Made by a program: the position numbers and the translations under genes
The notes under the pieces: generated by a model
Database searches by the model: none
What the model saw: the letters and a program-made list of their open reading frames with translations, nothing else
What the model was told of the DNA's origin: nothing
In this document: one piece after another, positions 55,632 to 64,000 of the stretch
How the letters are laid out: each line of letters starts with the position of its first letter
How positions within the stretch are numbered: position 1 is the stretch's first letter
Source of the DNA: Hyaloraphidium curvatum SAG 235-1
Lineage: Eukaryota; Fungi; Monoblepharomycota
Length of the DNA stretch: 64,000 nt
Direction: 5' to 3'
NCBI GenBank assembly: GCA_025558095.1
Contig: JAIVFI010000016.1
Span: 62,001 to 126,000, forward strand

Positions 55632-56176
55632 GAGATGCAGAGGCTCGGGTGAAGGTACCACATAGATTTCGAAGAGTCGTCGTGCTGTGTTGCAGTGCAA
55701 GTTTGTAGGAAGTCATCGTTGTCAATCAAGCAACCTTCTGTGCCTTCCAACCCTGAAGTCCTTCCTCGCGCCTAACCGAATCATTGAACTCTATTCTCCT
55801 TTTTGGCAGCGCTCTAATCATCTCTTTGAGGAGTCCGGGAATGTCCTTGCTCGGCCTCAGCGGTGGCCACGGACGCGGACTTGTCGAGATATGATGGGTC
55901 TTTGTCTGTTGTGAACTCCTCGCTCTGCCGCTAACTATCCTTCCGAAGCGTAGATCACGTCCGTCCGCGCTCTCCTCGTCTTGTTTTGATGATTCTGCAG
56001 TCCTCCGACAGACGAAGCACACCTTTGAAACCCGAGTCCACCACCGAGTCCAGGAAAGCCACCGAGGCGTTCCGGCAATCCAGATCCCAGATCAAGTGGC
56101 AGCAGCGTGCCGAGATGCGCATGAGGAAGTCCGGCAGCGTCCTTGCCCTGCGGCGGCGGCGGCGCACTCGGGCGCA

Positions 56177-56593
56177 CTAGGCCTGGCCGGCCTGGCGCTG
56201 CGCAAAGAGGGCTTCGCGCCTCGCCTGCTCGGCTTCGTTCTCCTTGCGCTCCCATTCGGAGTACGCGGCGTATGTGCGGAACACGGGCCTCTCCACGACC
56301 TCCTTGTCGTACGGCGGCCGCATCATCTCCTGCTTGGTCGGCGGCACCGCCGCGAGCCTCTTGGCCTCCCTCTCGCTGGCAAAGATCCCCTTGATCCCCA
56401 CGCAGCAGTAGTCCCCGAAAACCCCAACGACGTAGACCTTGTCGTGGTCGCCGGCAACGTCCACGTGGCGAGGGAACATGTCGGCCACATCCCCGCCGTG
56501 GCGCTCCTTGGCGGCGCGGGCGGCCTCGGCCTGGTCGGTGAGCAGGATGATGGGGCCTTCGCCCTCGCTTGCGACGACGGGGTAGACGCGCAT
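56177..56593 (-). CDS. Small hypothetical protein
   Basis: Compositionally normal ORF MRVYPVVASEG..KVYVVGVFGDYCCVGIKGIFASEREAKR..; no family recognised. Confidence 0.45.
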   Translation of the reverse strand: MRVYPVVASEGEGPIILLTDQAEAARAAKERHGGDVADMFPRHVDVAGDHDKVYVVGVFGDYCCVGIKGIFASEREAKRLAAVPPTKQEMMRPPYDKEVVERPVFRTYAAYSEWERKENEAEQARREALFAQRQAGQA

Positions 56594-56774
56594 TGTCGGG
56601 GGACGGCGGTGGGGAGGCGCTTCGGCGACGCGGGTCATTCGGCCCCTCCGCCGAGTCAAGCTCCCAAGGCAGCTCCGTCCATTCTCCCTGCTGCAGCCCC
56701 CATCTACCCAGTGGTGTTCATTCCATCAATCATTGCCGCTCCCGATCCGCCCAAGAAACCCCCCGCTCCCCGCA

Positions 56775-58306
56775 TCACATCTCCACCGCGCTCCACAGCG
56801 CCCCGAACGCCCCCATCCCCAGCCCCGCCCAGTCCCCCCCGGCCTTGGCCGCCGCCCACGCCGCGCTGGCCGCCGCCGCCGCCCAGGCGAAGGGCTTGGA
56901 GCGGGGGAGCAGGTCTCCGAGGATGTACTTCGCATGCGCGGCCGGAAGGTCAGCGCAAATCGGGAGGGCGGGAGGGAGCGGGACCCACGGTCGCGAGCAT
57001 GCGGTTGATGATGACCACCCTCGAGTAGCGCTCGACGACCATCCCCGCCGCCGCCAGGACCTGGATCAGGAACACGGCCAGCGGGTACCTGCTCACATCC
57101 GCCGCCTTTGTGCCCCTCGCGCGCCGATCGTACGCCGCGAGCGCGCAGTACGCCAGGCGGATGAACATCAGCCCGGTCCAGAGGTACGCGGTGGAGCGGA
57201 CGACGGCCTCGAGGTAGCGGAAGGCCTGGGAGGGAAGGGAGGAAAGGCAGCGGCGGAGGAAGAGGGAGAGGTTGGAGAGGGTGAGCGGGACGAGCGGGGG
57301 AGGGGGCACGGAGGAGCGGCGACGCTTGTCGGTGAGGGTGGCGGCGGTGTCGTGGTGCTGCAGCTTGGCGGGCTTGGATTCCTGCTCGGCGATGACGAAC
57401 CGGTCCCGGCCCTTGTGCGACGACGCCAGGCCCGTCATCGACCTGAAGCTCCCAAGCGCGCCGATGTCGACCGCCGAGTCGATCCTCCTGAGCTTCTCTT
57501 CCTCCTCTTCTTCCTCCTCCTCCTCCGAGTCGGATTCGGACGCCATCGCCCCGGCGCGCTCGAACTGCGCCAGCCGCGCGAGCTCGGCCTCGCGCTCGCG
57601 CTGCTTGCGCATGTCGCGGAGGTAGTGCGCCCAGCGGTTGCGGGATTCGGTTACGGCGAAGGCGAGGGCCTGCATGCGGGACGGGTTGGGTGAGTACGCG
57701 GGGCTTCCGCGTCGCAGGCGTCGTGGGAGGGAGGCGCACCTGCACGGCGTAGCTGACGGCGAACTGCACGAGGTAGAACCTCAGGTACATCCTGAACAAT
57801 GCCGCATGATGAGCTCTCCGGATCCATCCCGCCCGGTCCGGTGACCCACCTCACGAGGCCCATGAAGCTCAAAGGGGCGTCGCGGAAGAAGCTCCCCACG
57901 CACGAGTCGGTGCCCGGGTGGAACTGCGCGCAGTCCTGCATGACTTCGTAGCGCGGGCTGATGCCGGCGGGCCAGATGAGCTTGTCGAGGAAGATGCGGT
58001 CTGTGGGGAAACAGCGAAGCTGTTGAGCCGGACTCGCTGACGTGTCGGTCTTCCCCCTCGCGGCCACCCACACTTGGTCGAGAACGGCCACTTGCTCCTC
58101 CCCCCCGCGTGCAGCAGCGTCATGAGCACCGGCGCTAGCACCAGCACGTAGGCCGCGTCCTCGGTCCGGCGGCGGATCTTGGTCCCGCGGCCGAGCGTGC
58201 GGAGGCCGAGCAGGAGCGCAAAATAGAGGACGGTCTTGGGCGGCAGCGCGGCGGGGTGCAGCTTGGAGAGCAGGCGAGGCACGGCGGGCTTGCTGAGCGA
58301 CGACAT
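56775..58306 (-). CDS. TMEM135-like multi-pass membrane protein; multi-exon
   Basis: CAQFHPGTDSC motif, MFRMYLRFYLV, VVRSTAYL, GMVVERYSRVVIIN; spliced C-terminus ..GMGAFGALWSAVEM*. Confidence 0.6.
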
Positions 58307-58354
58307 GGCGGTTCGGCGGCGGATGCGCGGCGGGAACGGGATGGGTGATTGGTG

Positions 58355-58432
58355 CCTTTGAACGTTGTGTGTAATGAGGAGCTAGCAATCCCACCTTTGA
58401 ACGTTGTGTGTAATGAGGAGCTAGCAATCCCA
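58355..58432. repeat. Two perfect 39-bp tandem units forming the retrotransposon 3' terminus
   Basis: CCTTTGAACGTTGTGTGTAATGAGGAGCTAGCAATCCCA at 58355-58393 and 58394-58432; a partial unit lies at 35429-35455. Confidence 0.9.
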
Positions 58433-59332
58433 CCGTACACTTAGAAATCCCCCTACGCCCCAAGAATCAGCTCCTCATCTACATTCAAACCAAAAGCGAC
58501 CGGCGCGGGGGCCGGAGCGTTGACAGCGGCGGCTTCGGTGCACAGCTGAAGCCAGTGTTGGAGTTGGGCCGCGACGCCAAGAGCCCAGGCCACCGCGATC
58601 CGTTCGCGGAAGCGCCGCACAAAACGAGAGTAAAGGCCATCGAGGTCCACGGGCTGCCCATCGCGGCCGACGATCCCGGGATACTGGATGCGCCCCATCT
58701 CCGAGGAGAAGCGCGAGAAAGTGGCAGAGACAGCGCTGTACGAATCAAAAGCAAGCACGATCAGAGGGTAGAAGTTGGCGTTGAAGACGAAACGGGAGTA
58801 GTCCTTCCTGGCGGCCTCGACCCGCCGTTCGACTGCGTGGCCCGGGACCGAGAAGACCAGGCCCGTGTGCAAATGGGCCATAGAGGTGAGGGTCTTGATC
58901 TCGAGCAACCACCGTTTCCGGGTTTCGCGGTGCGTGATGAGAACGTCGCCAAGGCGGCCAGCATCCGCAGGCGTGGGCGGGGTGACAGTCTCGTAGCCAT
59001 GCGCAAGGAGGTTTGGCGGCATGGGGTGCACGCGGAGGAGCGGGATGGAGCGAAGCGCCGCGCGGATGGCCGCGCAAATGTCGTCGTGACCAGGACTGAA
59101 GAGATCCCGGCCATAGCAGCCCGAGAACGCGTGCTCCCCGTCAGCGACATGGCCGATCGCTTGCAGCCCCGCCGGCAGGGCAAGGAAAGACCAGGGTAGT
59201 CGGCCTCGTGCAGGAGCAGGAGGCAAAGCCGGAAGCGTACAAGTAAGCGGAAAAAGTTTTTGCGAATGTGGTTGGCAAGCAGCGCGGGAGAGGCAGTCAG
59301 GAAAGCCGACAGGCCGTCCTGCGCCTGGACGA
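58355..59332 (-). mobile_element. 5'-truncated copy of the CRE-like retrotransposon (RLE region + 3' UTR), frameshifted
   Basis: Near-identical to ~35429-36356, with a few substitutions and a 1-bp deletion (GTGCTCCCCGTC vs GTGCTCCCCCGTC) near 59136. Similarity stops at ..CCTGGACGA (59332). Confidence 0.93.
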
Positions 59333-59376
59333 TCCCGGCGAGCCTTCTCCTTTGTCCGCTCTCGTTTGTTCGGGCG

Positions 59377-62300
59377 ATGTGGCCGCGGCGGTCGACGGAG
59401 GAGGGCCGGCCGAAGCCGCCGCCGGGCGCCGTGCGGGTGCTGCCCCCGGCGAGCACCGCGCCGCCCGCGTCCCCCGCGCTGCCGTACGATCGGCTGAGTC
59501 AGCCCGACCCGCCGCTCGTCGTCGACGGCCGCCCCGCCACGCTGCCGCTGCCGAGCGAGCGGGCGCGGCGGCCGTCGGCGGAGCTGTCGCGCACGTCGCC
59601 GCCGGGCGTCCCCTTGCACCTGCCCGCCTTCCCCCCCGCCGGACCCATGTCGCCCGAAGCCCTATCTGACATTTCCAGCCCGATCAGCAGCGTGGGCAGC
59701 CTGGTCGGCAGCCCGCCGGGGAGCGTCGGCAGCGTCGCAGGGTCCTACGGGGCGCCCGTGCCCGGGGGCGGCAACGGCAACCCGTTCCTGTTCGGCACGC
59801 AGCCCAGCACGCCGATGCCGCAATCCTCCTTCATGCCGCGCACGTCGTCGCTCAGGCCGGCACAGAAGACCGAGCAGCGGGCGCCGGCTGCGGCAGACAG
59901 GAGCTCCTTTGCGGTGCCGTCGCGGCGGGGCACCCAGCCGACCACCCCTCACCAGCAAGCCAACCCGGCTGTCGTCATGTCGCCCAACTCGGCGTCACCC
60001 GTCTCCCCGCTTGCCTCGCCCACGGGCCTGCGGCTGTCGGCGACGCCCCCGCCGGGCGGCCTGACTCCGCACCCGGCGCGCACCGCCTCGCTGCGCGGGC
60101 AGCGCCCCGAGGACCTGGCCGCTCCCATCGGCATTGTCGGCGTGGTCTCCCCCGCGGAAATGGCACGCGGCACGCCGACCCCGCCGCCCGTCGGCGGCGA
60201 GTACTACGACGACCCGCTGCGCCGCTCCGACACTGGGAGGTCGGACGCGGACCGCCGCTCCGTGGGCTCGGTGCTCTCGGGAACTTCGTCGACGCTCGGC
60301 GCCTCGTCGACCCTCGGCGGCGGCAACCACCTGGCGCCCGGCCGCGCGTCGCCGGACATGCTCGCCGAGCCGGCCGTGCCCGTCGCCCGCGCGCGCTCGG
60401 ACCCGGCGTTGCTGGGCTATCCGTCGCCGTCGGGGGGCGACCGCCGCTCCGTCTCTTCGCTCTCCTCCCTGCCCGCTCTGGACGAGGACGACCCCCCGCG
60501 CCCGTCCAACGCCTCGTTCATCGCCGGCCAGGAGGCCATGGCCTTTTCCAACGTCGTCTCGATCGACGCCTGGGCCTCCACGGCCGGCCGCGGCCCCGGC
60601 ATGGGCGAGCGCACCGTCTCCTCTTCCACCATCCCCCCGCGGCAGCAGACCATCCCCAGCCAGCGCCCCTCGATCCCCAGCCGCGACGTCTCGCTCCCCA
60701 AGTTCACCCCCGACGAGCTCCTCGACAAGGGCGTGCACAACCTGGACCCCGCCTTCTCCAAGCGCTTCGCCCCCGACGCCGCGCTCCTCGAATTCGCCCA
60801 GGCGCGCAAGCTGGCCTCGGCCGCCGCCGACATCTTCCGCGAGGCGCGGTGCTACATGGACGAGGGCGTCGCGCTCGCGCACCTCCCCGGCCGCGAAGCG
60901 CAGGCCTACGCGCGGCTCAAGGAGGCGTGGGACATGGCGCGGCGGTGCGTGATGCGGGCGCGCAACAGGACGCTGTGGACCGAGCTGGCCGACGCCATCA
61001 TGGAGGACTGGGAGGACGAGGCGGCGCCGCCCGAGGGGGCCGGCGGGGAGGACGAGGCGGTGACGACGACGCAGGCCAAGGCGCGGGCGCGGAGGCGCAG
61101 GGGCGAGGCGGGGGCGCTGCCCGCCGGGGCCGGGTACAGGCCCGTGAGCAAGGGCGGGCTGATGGCGCCCGACCCGGCCACGGGCCCGCCGATGGTCGCC
61201 TTCCTGCTGGACCTGATGGTGAACCTGGGCAACTGCTGCGCGCGGATGCACGGCCGCCGCGCCGAGGCGCTGGCGTGGCACGAGGGGGTGCTGGAGCTCG
61301 CGGACCGGACCGTCGCGGCGTACCCGGAGCCGGAGCCGGGGAAGGACGGCCGCGCGAGGCCGAGCCAGATCCACAGGCACCTCCTGTACTCGCGCGCCGC
61401 GGCGTGGACGCACATCGGCGCGCTGCTGACCCTCGAGGGGCGGCCGGTGGAGGCCGCGGGGTGCCACCGCCGCGCCTTGGAGCTGTGCGACGCGCTGCAG
61501 CCGCGGATCGAGGCCGCGTGCGCGCGGTACGGGAAGCAGGTCGCCGAGATGCTCGGCGGGCAGACGAGCAACCACCCGCCCCGGACGAGCTCGATCGCCG
61601 CCCCCGCGCGCTCGGCGTCGACCGCCAGCGCATCCTCCGCCTCGACGCTGGTCAACCCGCCCGCGCCGCCGTCGAGGCAGGTGCTCGAGGACCTCCGCAA
61701 CGCCGTTTTCACCTGCGCGCGGCTGCGCGCGGCGGCGCTGAGCCACCTCGCCTCGGCGCACCAGGCGTGCGGGCAGCTCCGCCTTGCGGTGCGGCTGCGG
61801 CGCGCGGCGGTGGGCGAGTTTGCGCGGTGCGGGGACGTGCTCGGGCTCGCGAGGGAGCGGGCCAACGCCGCGGGGTTGCTGGCCGAGTGGGGCCGCGCGC
61901 TGGCGCAGGCGGCGCGGGGGGAGAGCGAGGCGGCGGCGGCGGCGGGGAGGGCCGAGGCGCCCGGGAACGGGGAGGTGGCCGATGCGGCCGAGGCGGTGGT
62001 GCTGGGCGGGGGTGCGGCGCTGCTCCGGGACGCGGGGCTGTACGACCTCAAGCCGAGGGGGGCGGCGGTGTCGCAGATGCCGCCGCTGGAGCAGACCAAG
62101 ATCGTCGAGGGGGTGGGCGTGTGCGGGATGATGGCATCGATCGGTGGGTTCCTCGCGGGGGGAGCGTGCATGCATTCGGACTGACGGGGGCCTTTCAGCC
62201 TCGCTCCTGAGCACCATCTCCCTCCCCCGGCCGGCCCTCAAGTACGCCGACGCCCTCCTCTACAACTCGGCCGCCTCGGTCCGCCGTTCGCAGGCCTCGA

Positions 62301-63808
62301 CCGTGGACCTCATGGACCGCCCTCCCCAGCGGGACCCCCTGTTCCCCGTTTTGCTCCCCTCGGGCCCGCAGGTGGCCTACCTCTCCCTCCTGCAGCTCCT
62401 AGACCGGCAGCCCGGCGACGCCGGCCCGCGGGCGGACCTGGCCGGCCTGGACGGGCTCCTCCTCGCGCTGAGGCTGGCCCCCGAACGGTTCCGGAGCTTC
62501 CCCCCCGAGACGCGCGACGCGGGGCTGCGGATGCTGCAGGACGCGGTCAGGGCGATGCGGGCGAATCTGCTGGACGAGGAAGGCGGGTGGGTTCTCACGG
62601 AGTCGGGGGCGGTGCCGCGGGGCGCGGCGGCGGCGGAAAAAGCCAGGGCGCGGGCGGAGGAGCTCGCTTTGCGGGCGACGGGAAGGCTCGGCGGGGACAG
62701 GAGGGGCCTGCAGCGGCGGGTGGATGCGGGGAAGCTGCTCGCGATGCTCGAGGTGGCGCGGGCGCAGCTGATGGGTTCGGCGGGACTGTTTGCCTGGGTT
62801 GCGGACGGGGGGACGGAGCCGCAGTGGGAGCGGGATCTGCGCAGCGGATGGGCGAGGGACGGGCTCGAGGCGCTGGGTGCCGTCGTGAGCGAGGTCGTGG
62901 AGGCGGGGGAGGAGGCCAAGGCGCAGAACGGGAGGGCGAGGAGGGAGGCGGCGCTGGCGTCGGTGCTGGCGTCGCCCGTGCGCGCGGACGGGACGGTGGT
63001 GGCGCCGCCGCGATCGACGTCGCGGCGGAGGCGGCAGGGGTCATCGGACTCGGGCAAGTCGGGGCCGCCGGTTAAGCCGCCGCTCGCGGAAAGGCTGGCG
63101 GCACTGTGCCAGGAGTGGCTGCAGGATTCGATGCAGGGGCTGCCGAGCATCGCCGAGGACGAGGCGGGGACGCCGCTCAGCCCCGAGCCGTCGCCGGCTT
63201 CGGACGGGCCCTGGGCGAGGGCCGGTGTGCGCATGCCCTTCATGCCGACTACGGCGCTCGCGCGCATTCTGGAATCCGTCGCGGAGCTGGGCGCCGTTCG
63301 GTACCCCGAGAACCCGTTCGCGATGGCGTCGGCAGACCCGGCCACGACACTGGTTACGCCGCTGCCCTACGAGATCGGCGAGCTGCTGCGGCAGACGGCG
63401 CAGGCGCTCGCACTCAAGCACACGCTGGGTTCGTGCCGGGCGTGCCTCGCGGCCTTTGCCAGGCGGGTCGCGGACGGCGAGGGCTCGGCCCTGCGCCCCG
63501 TGGCTTCCCTCCGGCGCTCCTCGACGGGCGGCGCCCGGCGCTCGGACTCTGCCCGCACGCAGATCTCCCCGCCCGGCCCGCGCAACTCGTCGCTGTCGCA
63601 GGCCAACGGCCCGCCGCCCTCGGCTGGCTCGGACCCAGCGCGCGCGCCCAGCGTGCGCAGGAGCGACTCTCTGCTGGTGTCCAAACGCAGAGGGCCGTCG
63701 CAGGACGACTGGGTCGCGGGGCTGCTGGGGGAGATGGGCGGGGCGTGCCCGCACGTGGATCCGGCGGCGGCGCAGGGGTCGTCTGTGGTGAGGGAGGTGG
63801 TTGCTTGA
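59377..63808 (+). CDS. Large protein with disordered Pro/Ser-rich N-terminus and TPR-like alpha-solenoid
   Basis: TPR-like helices (LMVNLGNCCARM..AEALAWHEGVLELA, AWTHIGALL..AAGCHRRALELC, ALSHLASAHQACG..AVRL). An intron at ~62144-62198 joins ORF 59260-62184 to ORF 62144-63808. Confidence 0.65.
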
Positions 63809-64000
63809 GAGGAGGGAGGCAATGTGCGGGAATGACATGTAGGAAAGGACATCTACTTTGACTTGAAGACCATCTGACATGCTGCCCATCATTTTCCAAT
63901 CTGCCCCTTTTACTTTACGACCAGGCAGCGTTCTGGAGGACGATGCGATATCCGTCGGGGTCCTCGAAGGTCCGCCCCTCGCGGTCCCAGTACGGGTTGA

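Noticed and set aside
58355-58432. 39-bp repeats as a CRISPR array
   Set aside because: The units are directly adjacent with no spacers, there are no cas genes, the context is eukaryotic, and the repeat is the retrotransposon 3' end.
58453-59619. 388-aa ORF as a novel domesticated endonuclease gene
   Set aside because: It is a chance fusion of antisense TPR-gene sequence with a frameshifted retrotransposon fragment.
1-64000. tRNA, rRNA or other structured RNA genes
   Set aside because: None recognisable by eye; tRNAscan-SE/Infernal would be needed to exclude them.

Overview
GC-rich, gene-dense eukaryotic DNA with many short (~50-80 nt) GT-AG introns and a Zn2Cys6 transcription factor, so most likely a fungus. 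An early-diverging, chytrid-like lineage is inferred from the animal-type TRAF and cortactin-like genes. About 27 protein-coding genes can be supported, including housekeeping genes (Nsp1/Nup62, Sdh7/SDHAF3, METTL25-like, TMEM135-like, an ABCG transporter, a fatty acyl-CoA reductase) and several bacterial-looking enzymes (PfkB, amidase, LigE-like GST, heparinase II/III-like, DUF2716-like). The window also holds a near full-length CRE-like (RT + restriction-like endonuclease) non-LTR retrotransposon at 35429-42376. It has three overlapping ORFs, a 13-bp target-site duplication and a 39-bp-repeat 3' end, and a 5'-truncated second copy lies at 58355-59332. The most striking locus is 47223-55631. 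It carries a head-to-head pair of guanylate-binding-protein (GBP/atlastin)-like genes: one is a GTPase + coiled coil + Hedgehog-type Hint/Hog autoprocessing domain, the other an apparently dead GTPase + coiled coil + toxin-like glycine-zipper membrane region. A RING-TRAF-MATH gene sits next to them. The whole is a candidate innate-immunity or cell-death module. All assignments come from motif recognition by eye; no database searches were run.
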